Source of the DNA: an uncultured beta proteobacterium
Lineage (GTDB): Bacteria > Pseudomonadota > Gammaproteobacteria > Burkholderiales > Casimicrobiaceae
DNA length: 64,000 nt
NCBI GenBank assembly: GCA_963763625.1
Contig: CAVXPH010000003.1
Coordinates: forward strand, 327,615 to 391,614
Direction: 5' to 3'
In this document: positions 56,668-64,000 of the stretch, piece by piece
Layout of the letters: each line of letters starts with the position of its first letter
Numbering within the stretch: the stretch's first letter is position 1
Position numbers and translations under genes: made by a program
Notes under the pieces: generated by a model
Seen by the model: only the letters and a program-made list of their open reading frames with translations
What the model was told of the DNA's origin: nothing
The model's database searches: none

Positions 56668-57675
56668 TCAGGGCCCGACTTTGTAACCGAGCGCGGCGGC
56701 CTCGCGGTAGACCGCTTCGATCAGGGACTTGCCGATGCGTTCTTCCATCTGTCGATGCACGGGCAGCAGCGCCAGGCGCCAGGCCGCCTGCTCCTCGGCG
56801 GTCAGCGCATAGACGTTGGTTTTGCCAGATGCCTTGACCTTGGCGATACTCTCTTCGTTGTCCTGCAACGAGAGGTGATTCTCGTAGTCGGTCGCCTCGT
56901 GCATCGCGCCCTCGAGCGTGGTTCGGATGTCGGCTGGTAGCGCGTCCCAGAATTTCTTGTTGGCGATGACGGCGTAGCCGTCGTAGCCGTGGTTCGACAG
57001 GGCCACGTACTTCTGCACCTCGTACATCTTTTGCGTGTACAGATTCGGCGGCGTGTTCTCCGTGCCGTCGACCACGCCCGTCTGCAACGCCTGGTACACC
57101 TCCGAAAAGGCCATGACCTGGGGCAGCGCCCCGAGCGCGCGCATCTGCGCATCGAGCACTTTGGACGACTTGATGCGCATCTTCAGGCCGCGGAAATCGG
57201 TGACGCGGTGCAAGGGCCGGTTCGCACTCATCACCTTGAAGCCGTTGTCCCAATACGCGAGCCCGACGATGCCCTTGGTTTCAAGCCGCTGCAGAAGGTT
57301 TTTGCCGATCTCGCCGTCGACCACCCGGCGCAGCACGGCCCGGTCAGGAAAGATATAAGGGAGATCGAACACCTCAAACTCCGGCAGGCCGAGCGGGCCG
57401 AATTTGGACGTCGACGGGGCGAGCATTTGCACCGATCCGAGTTGCAGCGCCTCCAGTTCCTCACCGTCCTTGTACAGCTGGCTATTGGGATAGACCTCGA
57501 TGTGCACCCTGCCGTTGGTGCGCTCCTCGGCAAGCTGCTTGAATCGCTCCGCCGCCATCCCCTTTGGCGTATCCGGCGCGACGACGTGGCTGAACTTGAT
57601 CACGATCGGCGCCTGCGCCCAGGCCGCACCGGCGAAGAGCAGCGCGGCGACGACCCACAACCATTTGCGCATCAT
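56668..57675 (-). CDS. dctP: C4-dicarboxylate-type TRAP substrate-binding protein DctP (orphan, no dctQM adjacent)
   Basis: ORF trimmed to ATG 57675 (AGGAAGGA RBS). Signal peptide MMRKWLWVVAALLFAGAAWA. IVIKFSHVVAPDTPKGMAAERFKQLAEERTNGRVHIEVYPNSQLYKDGEELEALQLGSVQMLAPS closely follows the classical DctP pattern. Confidence 0.9.
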   Translation of the reverse strand: MMRKWLWVVAALLFAGAAWAQAPIVIKFSHVVAPDTPKGMAAERFKQLAEERTNGRVHIEVYPNSQLYKDGEELEALQLGSVQMLAPSTSKFGPLGLPEFEVFDLPYIFPDRAVLRRVVDGEIGKNLLQRLETKGIVGLAYWDNGFKVMSANRPLHRVTDFRGLKMRIKSSKVLDAQMRALGALPQVMAFSEVYQALQTGVVDGTENTPPNLYTQKMYEVQKYVALSNHGYDGYAVIANKKFWDALPADIRTTLEGAMHEATDYENHLSLQDNEESIAKVKASGKTNVYALTAEEQAAWRLALLPVHRQMEERIGKSLIEAVYREAAALGYKVGP

Positions 57676-57689
57676 GCTGTCATCCTTCC

Positions 57690-59057
57690 TCAGGCGATTG
57701 CGGTGGCGCCGTGACGCGCTGGGACGCTCAGCCGGGGAAGCGCCCCGGCGTCCGCGCTTTGCTCCAGACGCCAGCATGCGCCGAGCAGCGCTTCGATGGC
57801 ATCGTCGGCGAGGATCGGCGCGCACAGCGCCCGGAACTTGTCCTCGAGATCGCGATCGGTCATCGGCCGCGCGAGGCTTCCAAGCGCGTGCGCGACGAAG
57901 CGCTCGACCATGCGACCGTCCTTGAGACGAATGCGGACCCGCGCCGCGTCCTCGGCCAATGCCGGGTCGACCGTAGCCACGACGCGGTCGCGCAACGCGA
58001 TCACGCGCGGATCGGCCACGCGCGCGTCCGAATACTGCGCCTCGCCCGCCGCGCCGTCGATCAGCGCTACCGCGGCGCTATGGAAGACGCTGAACTTGCC
58101 CTCGAGGCCGACGCTGGGAGTCTTCTTCCCGGTGAGCTCCAGCACAAGCGGATGCACGCTAAGCTCGACGCCTTCGATCGCCTCGGCGGTGAGGTGCTCT
58201 TCAGCACGAAGCTGCAGGCAACCGTCGATGACCGGGTGGACGACGATGCCGCAGGCGAACGGTTTGTAGGTGTTGTCGGCGAGCTCCCAGGTCTCCCCGA
58301 GTCCGGCGGTGATCTTGCCATAGTCGCGCGCGGTCGCGAGCACGTTGGCGAAGCCGCGTCGTCCCTCGATTCCCTGGACGGCGCTGGTGAAATTCTGCCG
58401 CGCGAGCAGTGCTGCGACCATGCCGTTGCGCGCCGCCAGGCCCGGATGCAGCGGCTTACACATCGACCCGAACATTTCGCGCAGGCCCGAAGCCTGCGTT
58501 GCCGCGGTTCCCAGGGCCCACACCAACTGCGCTTCGGACAGGCCGAGCAGTCGGCCGGCCGCGGCGGCGGCGCCAAACACGCCGGCGGTGCCGGTGATGT
58601 GCCAGCCGATGTCGTAATGCGACGGGTAGACGGCATTGCCGATCCGACACTCGACTTCGACTCCGAGCGCAAACGCATGCAGCCATTCGCTGCCCGTGAC
58701 CGGCAGGTACTCGGCAAGCGCCAGCAGCGCCGCCGCAACCGGTCCGCTCGGATGGATGATGGTTTTCAGATGCGTGTCGTCGAAATCGAAGGTGTGGGAC
58801 GCCATCCCGTTGAGGAGTGCGGCATGCAGGCAATCGAAGCGCTCGGCCCTGCCGAGGATCGTCGCTTGCGCAGCCCCGGCGAAGGGAGAGAGCGCGGCGA
58901 TGGCCCGGGTTACCGCATCGTGGCGCGAAGCGCCGATCGCACAGCCGAGAAAATTGAGCAGCGCGCGCTTCGCTTCGTGGCGCACGGCAGCGGGCAGGCG
59001 GGCGGCATCGGCCGTGGCGACGAAGCGGGCGAGGGCGAGCGTGGGCTCGGCCGTCAT
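57690..59057 (-). CDS. MmgE/PrpD family protein
   Basis: The 672-aa ORF is trimmed to ATG 59057, because the upstream 217 aa are an Arg-rich artefact. ALLNGMASHTFDFDDTH...IHPSGPV...GWHITGTAGVFGAAAAAG are PrpD-family motifs. The start overlaps the upstream stop (ATGA). Confidence 0.88.
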   Translation of the reverse strand: MTAEPTLALARFVATADAARLPAAVRHEAKRALLNFLGCAIGASRHDAVTRAIAALSPFAGAAQATILGRAERFDCLHAALLNGMASHTFDFDDTHLKTIIHPSGPVAAALLALAEYLPVTGSEWLHAFALGVEVECRIGNAVYPSHYDIGWHITGTAGVFGAAAAAGRLLGLSEAQLVWALGTAATQASGLREMFGSMCKPLHPGLAARNGMVAALLARQNFTSAVQGIEGRRGFANVLATARDYGKITAGLGETWELADNTYKPFACGIVVHPVIDGCLQLRAEEHLTAEAIEGVELSVHPLVLELTGKKTPSVGLEGKFSVFHSAAVALIDGAAGEAQYSDARVADPRVIALRDRVVATVDPALAEDAARVRIRLKDGRMVERFVAHALGSLARPMTDRDLEDKFRALCAPILADDAIEALLGACWRLEQSADAGALPRLSVPARHGATAIA

Positions 59058-60277
59058 GCCTGTGTCGTCTCCGCCTGGCGCGTGGGCGTCGGCGCAGCGG
59101 CGCTGCCCTGCAGGTACTCGAGCGCAGCCTGGATTCCACCGGGCCGGTGCGGCACGCCGCTGGCTCCCAGTCCCATCTCGACGCCGCACAGCGTGCCGCA
59201 GAGCATGAGGTCGTTGAAGAAGCCAAGGTGGCCGATGCGGAACACGCGCCCCGCGAGCCGTCCCAGTCCGGTGCCGAGCGACAGGTCGAAGCGTTCGAGC
59301 ACCCGGCGGCGGAACGCATCCGCGTCGTGGCCTTCGGGCATCACGATCGCGGTCAACGAGTCGCTGTACTCGGCGGGGTGGCGGCACAGGATCTCGAGTC
59401 CCCAGGCGCGCGCCGCGCGCCGCGTCGCCTCGCCGTGACGATGATGACGCGCGAAGACCGCCGGCAGTCCCTCCTCGAGCAGCATGGCGATCGCCTCGTG
59501 CAGCCCGTAGAGCAGGTTCGTCGGCGGCGTGTAGGGAAAGGACCCGTCGCGGTTCGCAGCGACGATCTCCTCCCAGCTCCAGTACGAGCGCGGTAAACGC
59601 GCGCTCCGGTTCGCCGCGAGCGCCTTGTCGCTGATCGCGTTGAAGGACAAGCCGGGCGGCAGCATCAAGCCTTTCTGCGAGCCCGCGACCGTCACGTCGA
59701 CGCCCCACTCGGCGTGGCGATAGTCCATCGACGCGAGTGAGGAAATCGTGTCGACCATGAACAGCGCCGGATGCCGCGCGCGATCGATTGCCTGGCGGAT
59801 TTCCGCGATGCGGCTGCTGACCCCGGTCGAGGTCTCGTTGTGCACGACCAGCACCGCCTTGAACCCGTGTGCGCGGTCCGCGACGAGCTTTTCTTCGACC
59901 ACGGCCGGATCGACGCCGCTGCGCCAGTCACCGCTGACAAACTCGACCTCGAGCGAGAGGTTTCCGGCCATCTTGCGCCACAGCGTTGCGAAGTGTCCGG
60001 TCTCGAACATGAGCACGCGGTCGCCCGGGGAGAGCGTGTTGACCAGTGCCGCCTCCCACGCCCCGGTGCCCGACGCGGGATAGATGACCACCGGCCCGGC
60101 GGTCTTGAAAATCGACTTCAGTCCGTCGAGGATCGTCCGCGTCAGACGCGCGAACTCGGGCCCGCGGTGATCGATGGTGGGGTGATCGATCGCCCGCAAT
60201 ACCCGGTCGGGAACGTTGGTGGGCCCGGGAATCTGCAGGAAATGGCGACCGCTGGGGTGATCGTCGAGGCGAAGCAT
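59054..60277 (-). CDS. class V aminotransferase (serine/alanine-glyoxylate aminotransferase type)
   Basis: The 525-aa ORF is trimmed to ATG 60277. FLQIPGPTNVPDRVLRA...YPASGTGAWEAAL...HNETSTGV...VAGSQKGLMLPPGLSF contains the PLP-lysine motif. Confidence 0.88.
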   Translation of the reverse strand: MLRLDDHPSGRHFLQIPGPTNVPDRVLRAIDHPTIDHRGPEFARLTRTILDGLKSIFKTAGPVVIYPASGTGAWEAALVNTLSPGDRVLMFETGHFATLWRKMAGNLSLEVEFVSGDWRSGVDPAVVEEKLVADRAHGFKAVLVVHNETSTGVSSRIAEIRQAIDRARHPALFMVDTISSLASMDYRHAEWGVDVTVAGSQKGLMLPPGLSFNAISDKALAANRSARLPRSYWSWEEIVAANRDGSFPYTPPTNLLYGLHEAIAMLLEEGLPAVFARHHRHGEATRRAARAWGLEILCRHPAEYSDSLTAIVMPEGHDADAFRRRVLERFDLSLGTGLGRLAGRVFRIGHLGFFNDLMLCGTLCGVEMGLGASGVPHRPGGIQAALEYLQGSAAAPTPTRQAETTQA

Positions 60278-60309
60278 AAGGCTACCCTGGTGGCAGACAA
60301 CACCCCATT

Positions 60310-61413
60310 CTATCCGGACAGCGCTTTGGCCGCCGCGTACATGCGCTTGGTGCGGATCGCCACGTCGTCCGGGGCGATGGCCTCGGCGCGGGCATAGTGC
60401 GCCGCGCTTTCGGCGTAGCGGCCGAGATGAAACGCGCACAGGCCGAGCGCCGCATGCGCGTTGGCGCCAAAGATCGACGCGTCGTAGGCCAGCTCGCCGT
60501 CGTCGAGTAGGGCGGCATCGGTCGCGGCGAGCTTGGCGAACAGCGGCATGGCCTCGGCGTATTGGCGCCGTCCGACCAGGTTCTGCGCGAGGAGCCAGGT
60601 CAGTGCGTGATTGTCGGGAAACCAGCGACAACCCTCGTCGAGCAGCGCAGTGGCGTCACGCTGCCCTTCGAGCAGGTGCCGCGCCAGGTGCAGGTGCGGC
60701 AGGCTGTCCCCCGAAGTCCGCGACCGCAGTTCGCGCACGACCTCGACGCCTTGTTGCCACGCGGCTTCGGCGCCGGCAAGGTCGCCCTGTGCGGCGAGCG
60801 TCGCACCCAGATGCGCCAACGTGTAGACATGCTTCGGCTCGCTCCGCAGCCGCGCGCGCAGCAGCGGCAGATCGCGCGCGGCCTTGGCCTGCGGGTCGGC
60901 GTAGCCGTAGTGCTCGAGCGCGACCGTGCTCGCGCCCACGCGAAGGCCCTCACGCTGACGCAACGCCGTCAATGCTGGAATCAGGCTCTCATGGATGACG
61001 CCGCGGAAGCGCAGGTCGGGACGGTTGCGAAACAGCCGGTGCTCGCGATAGCGCGTGTAGCCGGCGCGCGGCCGCAAGCGCACCGTGTAGCACGCGGTAC
61101 GTGCATCGGCGAGATCGGCCTCCACGGCGGCGCGGTCGAAGGCGACGACCTCTTCGTCGGCGTCGATGTAGAGGATCCACTCCCCGGACGCGGCGTCGAG
61201 CGATGCATTGCGCGCGGAGGAAAAATCGTCAGTCCAGGCGCGGTGCAGGAGGCGTGCACCGAATCTCTTCGCGATTTCAGGCGAGCGATCGGTCGAACCG
61301 GTGTCGACGACCACGATCTCATCGACGCGGGCGGCGAGGGAGCGCAGGCAGGTCGCGAGAAACCGCTCTTCGTTGCGAACGATCAGTGCCGCGGAAAGCA
61401 GCGGGCGCGGCAC
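60310..61413 (-). CDS. family-2 glycosyltransferase with a C-terminal TPR-like helical domain (SunS-like architecture)
   Basis: LIVRNEERFLATCLRSL..VDEIVVVDTGSTDRSPEIA...WTDDFSSARN...EWILYIDADE, then HRLFRN.PDLRFRGVIHE, then about 200 aa of helical repeats. GTG start. Confidence 0.8.
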   Translation of the reverse strand: MPRPLLSAALIVRNEERFLATCLRSLAARVDEIVVVDTGSTDRSPEIAKRFGARLLHRAWTDDFSSARNASLDAASGEWILYIDADEEVVAFDRAAVEADLADARTACYTVRLRPRAGYTRYREHRLFRNRPDLRFRGVIHESLIPALTALRQREGLRVGASTVALEHYGYADPQAKAARDLPLLRARLRSEPKHVYTLAHLGATLAAQGDLAGAEAAWQQGVEVVRELRSRTSGDSLPHLHLARHLLEGQRDATALLDEGCRWFPDNHALTWLLAQNLVGRRQYAEAMPLFAKLAATDAALLDDGELAYDASIFGANAHAALGLCAFHLGRYAESAAHYARAEAIAPDDVAIRTKRMYAAAKALSG

Positions 61414-61449
61414 GCCGGCAGCCGGGTCGCTGCGGATGCGGTCGCGGCC

Positions 61450-61725
61450 CTAACGGTCGCGGCGGCGGCGTAGCAGAAGGGTCGCGGCGGCGCCGATCGC
61501 GGCGGCCATCGCGGTTAAGGTCCAGCCGGAGCTCGCCGGCACCGATTGTGGGAGGGTCTGATTTGGCCCCTGCGCCTGAGCCACGCCCTCGAGGCTCTGC
61601 ATCGAGAAGGATGCAATCAGCGGCGCGCTGTACAGCACGGTTCCGGCGAGTATCTTGCGCAGTGCCTCCCGGCGGCTGGGATCGACGCGTTCGAGGAAGC
61701 GTTCGAAGCGGGGATTGGTGCTCAT
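61450..61725 (-). CDS. small (91 aa) protein with a Tat-like N-terminal signal and a PEP-CTERM-like C-terminal TM + Arg cluster
   Basis: High-GC3 coding-like codons. GAGG lies 9 nt upstream of the ATG. The sequence is MSTNPRFERFLERVDPSRREALRKILAGTVLYSAPLIASFSMQSLEGVAQAQGPNQTLPQSVPASSGWTLTAMAAAIGAAATLLLRRRRDR. Confidence 0.6.
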   Translation of the reverse strand: MSTNPRFERFLERVDPSRREALRKILAGTVLYSAPLIASFSMQSLEGVAQAQGPNQTLPQSVPASSGWTLTAMAAAIGAAATLLLRRRRDR

Positions 61726-61801
61726 CGATGGACCTCGTTCAAGGGTTGTCGCGCACGGCTGGCCGGATATTCCACCCTAAGCCTAGATAACACATCGCGT
61801 T

Positions 61802-62089
61802 TCAGCCGGCAAGGCGTGGGTCCTTGCTCACCAGCAGGCCCTCTTCGAGGAGCTTGGCCAGGCAGCTTTCGACTTCTGCCACCGGGGGCGCGTCGAGCCG
61901 GAACGCGGCGGCGAGCAGCTCCGGCAACTCGCGCGCCGGGATGTTTCCGTCGCAGCTTTCGAGCAGCATGGTCGCCGTCGGATTGAGGTAATGGAGCCGG
62001 TCGCGCGCCGGGTCGTAAGCGACGAAGCCATCGCTCACCTCGCGGATCTCGATATCCGGCGCACGTTGCGCGCGCATCTCCCAATCCAT
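61802..62089 (-). CDS. PqqD-family protein (RiPP recognition element / peptide chaperone type)
   Basis: 95 aa. EVSDGFVAYDPARDRLHYLNPTATMLLESCDGNIPARELPELLAAAF......VESCLAKLLEEGLL fits the PqqD winged-helix pattern. Confidence 0.78.
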   Translation of the reverse strand: MDWEMRAQRAPDIEIREVSDGFVAYDPARDRLHYLNPTATMLLESCDGNIPARELPELLAAAFRLDAPPVAEVESCLAKLLEEGLLVSKDPRLAG

Positions 62090-62132
62090 GCTTGATCGCC
62101 TCAGCGCCGATTGAGAATTCTAGCGCAATGAT

Positions 62133-62795
62133 ATGCTAGCTTTGATCGCAGAATTCATGCAAGCGGCCTACGCTCCCGAGGCGCTTCGCGCCTCTCTTCG
62201 CACCCGCATCGAGGCATGCATCGTCTCGCTGCACGGTTGGACCACGGTCGACAAGGGACTGCGTCTGGCCGAGCTGGTCGTCGGCGCGCAGGCCGGCCTC
62301 TCCGTCGAGCTCGGCGTGTTTGGCGGCCGGGGAACGATCTCCATGGCGATCGGCCACGAGGCGCTCGGCAGCGGCTGCGTCGTGGCCGTCGACCCGTGGG
62401 AAAGGGCCGCCTCGCTCGAGGGCGTGAACGCACCGGAAAACGACAAATGGTGGGGCGGGCTCGACCATGAGGCGATCTACCAAAGCTTCGTCAGGGCGCT
62501 CGCCGAATCCCGGGTCGAACCGTACTGCCGCGTGTTGCGCCTGCGCTCACAAGTCGCAGCAGACCGCTTCGGCGATGGCTCGATCGCTGTCTTGCACCAG
62601 GACAGCAACCATTCGGTAGAGGTTTCGGCGACAGAGGTCGCGCTGTGGACCCCGAAGCTTTGCGCCGGCGGCTACTGGGTGGCCGACGACACCGACTGGG
62701 TCACGACCGAGCGGGCGCAACGCCTGCTGCAGGAGAAGCGCTTCGCCATCGTGGAGGAGTACCCGAACTGGAAGGTATTTCGCAAGGAGATGTAG
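62133..62795 (+). CDS. class I SAM-dependent methyltransferase (Methyltransf_24 / CmcI-like)
   Basis: Motif I-like VELGVFGGRGTISMA, then acidic VAVDPW and LHQDSNHS. 220 aa. Confidence 0.5.
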   Translation: MLALIAEFMQAAYAPEALRASLRTRIEACIVSLHGWTTVDKGLRLAELVVGAQAGLSVELGVFGGRGTISMAIGHEALGSGCVVAVDPWERAASLEGVNAPENDKWWGGLDHEAIYQSFVRALAESRVEPYCRVLRLRSQVAADRFGDGSIAVLHQDSNHSVEVSATEVALWTPKLCAGGYWVADDTDWVTTERAQRLLQEKRFAIVEEYPNWKVFRKEM

Positions 62796-62798
62796 GCG

Positions 62799-63773
62799 AT
62801 GAGTGGTGTTGTGGCGACGCTTGTCTACCCGACCTATCGCAACGAGCCTGGGTTTGAATGGTTTGCCGACAGCCTAGCGGCGCAACTCGACCCCGGCGAC
62901 GACATCGAGCTGATTCTGGTCGACGGAGCGCACGATCGTGAACGTGCAGAACGCTTCGCCTGCGCGGTAGCCGGACGCGTGACGCTGCGCCACGTTGCGG
63001 CCAAGCCCTCGCCGTACAACGGCGCCAACCGGCTGACGCGGCGCAACCTCTTCGCCGCGGCGAGCGCCCGCAACACCGGCCTTGTTTATGCAAGCAAGCC
63101 GTACGTCATCTTCGTCGACGACGCCTGCGTGCTTGCCGAAGGGTGGTGGCGGGCGGCGCGCGAAGCCGTAGCCGCCGGCCGGGTTGTCACCGGGGCGTAC
63201 CGCAAGGATTGGGGCATGGAGGTCTTGCGTGGCGTGCTGGTTAACCGTCGCTCGCGCTCCGGGCTGGACTCGCGCTGGCCGCAGGGCGACGACAGCGGCC
63301 CGGTCCGCGTCGGGGGCGGGCAGCTTTTCGGCGCCAGCATCGGTGCCCCGCGCGACCTGCTGCTGCAGGTAAACGGCTTCGACGAGCTGTGCGACGCGAT
63401 CGGAGGCGAGGACTGGCAGCTCGGCGTCCGGCTCGAGTTCGCCGGCGTGCCGATCTATTACGATCGGAGGATGCTGAGCATCGAAAGCGAAGACCTTCAT
63501 CGCCGCGGAGTGCCCTTCGCCCGCATCGATCCAACCTTGCCTGCCGCGGCATACCTTGAGCGCCTCGGGGAATTCGGCGTCCACCGGCGGCACATTCCAG
63601 GGGCCTGCGACAGCTCGCACATGCTGCTCGACGTGGTTTATGGCACCGAGTCGGTACAGACGCAGGGCAATTATTATTGGCTTGCGGACCTGACTGAAGC
63701 CACGCTCGCGGCGACCACGCGGCGCTTTCCACGCCGGCACTGGTTCGACCGGCGGCCGCTCTGCGATCTGTGA
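62799..63773 (+). CDS. GT-A-fold glycosyltransferase-like protein
   Basis: VATLVYPTYRNEPGFEWFADSLAAQ...IELILVDGA and the DxD-like IFVDDAC. It starts 4 nt after the methyltransferase stop. Confidence 0.5.
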   Translation: MSGVVATLVYPTYRNEPGFEWFADSLAAQLDPGDDIELILVDGAHDRERAERFACAVAGRVTLRHVAAKPSPYNGANRLTRRNLFAAASARNTGLVYASKPYVIFVDDACVLAEGWWRAAREAVAAGRVVTGAYRKDWGMEVLRGVLVNRRSRSGLDSRWPQGDDSGPVRVGGGQLFGASIGAPRDLLLQVNGFDELCDAIGGEDWQLGVRLEFAGVPIYYDRRMLSIESEDLHRRGVPFARIDPTLPAAAYLERLGEFGVHRRHIPGACDSSHMLLDVVYGTESVQTQGNYYWLADLTEATLAATTRRFPRRHWFDRRPLCDL

Positions 63774-64000
63774 CGACCGTGGTGCGCCAGCGGCGTCTGC
63801 TTTCGCGCGGCGACATCCCGGGCAGCGACGGCGGCATCTACAATCCCGGCGCACTGGCGCGGGGACCGAAGGTCATCCTGCTGTGCCGACGCGAGATCGA
63901 CTATCGTTTCTCGCCGATCGTCCACGCCGAACGGATCCTGCTCGATTCCGAGACGTTGTCGGTGATTGAGCACGGAACGCTGCTCCGGCGCGGCTTCCCG
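63770..64000 (+). CDS. partial CDS (5' end only), possibly a GH130 / DUF377-like glycosidase-phosphorylase
   Basis: GTG 63770 overlaps the previous stop (GTGA). My translation MTTVVRQRRLLSRGDIPGSDGGIYNPGALARGPKVILLCRREIDYRF... is open to the window end. The pattern IYNPGA...ILLCRRE resembles GH130-like N-termini. Confidence 0.4.
   Translation, partial: MTTVVRQRRLLSRGDIPGSDGGIYNPGALARGPKVILLCRREIDYRFSPIVHAERILLDSETLSVIEHGTLLRRGFP

Noticed and set aside
59058-59708. 217-aa N-terminal extension of the PrpD-family ORF; likewise the 118-aa extension 60278..60631 on the aminotransferase ORF
   Set aside because: Both extensions are Arg-rich and overlap the upstream genes in another frame. The internal ATGs give N-termini typical of each family, and one creates an ATGA stop/start overlap.
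1-64000. tRNA, rRNA, tmRNA, SRP RNA and CRISPR arrays
   Set aside because: I scanned by eye for T-loop-like GGTTCGAAT/GTTCGA motifs outside coding regions, for regularly spaced direct repeats and for conserved SRP/tmRNA cores. I found none. tRNAscan-SE, Infernal and a CRISPR finder should confirm this.

Overview
High-GC chromosomal segment from a Gram-negative, probably proteobacterial, environmental bacterium; the RND efflux pump, TRAP transporters, PEP-CTERM protein and Anbu protease point that way. I call about 60 protein genes, one IS element and several gene relics. I found no rRNA, tRNA or CRISPR. In order, the window holds: an RND efflux pair (the permease runs off the left edge and is absent from the ORF track), an MFS transporter, and a two-component set with a 1232-aa multi-PAS hybrid kinase. 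Then come Dps, DedA, GST, a Ca/H antiporter, and a PPK2 / MgtC-like / MgtE / PAP2 neighbourhood. After that: a DUF3300-DUF2950 pair, three TRAP transporter loci (one an orphan dctP), an ECF42-type sigma factor with two YciI/DGPF genes and a VOC gene, and a sodium:solute symporter with its DUF3311 partner. An Anbu protease / N-formylglutamate amidohydrolase / transglutaminase trio follows, then a desaturase next to an rve-type IS, a cold-shock gene and a lower-GC patch with a PEP-CTERM protein. The window ends in a glycosylation-rich locus. Observations most worth a second look: (1) a PqqD-like chaperone, a 91-aa peptide made almost entirely of sorting signals, and a SunS-like GT2-TPR glycosyltransferase at 60.3-62.1 kb; (2) a near-identical ECF-type promoter motif present twice, one copy pointing at an unannotated 54-aa membrane ORF; (3) a secreted-protein gene split exactly at a G10 homopolymer. 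Many long ORFs in the track are antisense or out-of-frame artefacts of high GC, and I rejected them. All family assignments come from motif recognition by eye. No searches were run.
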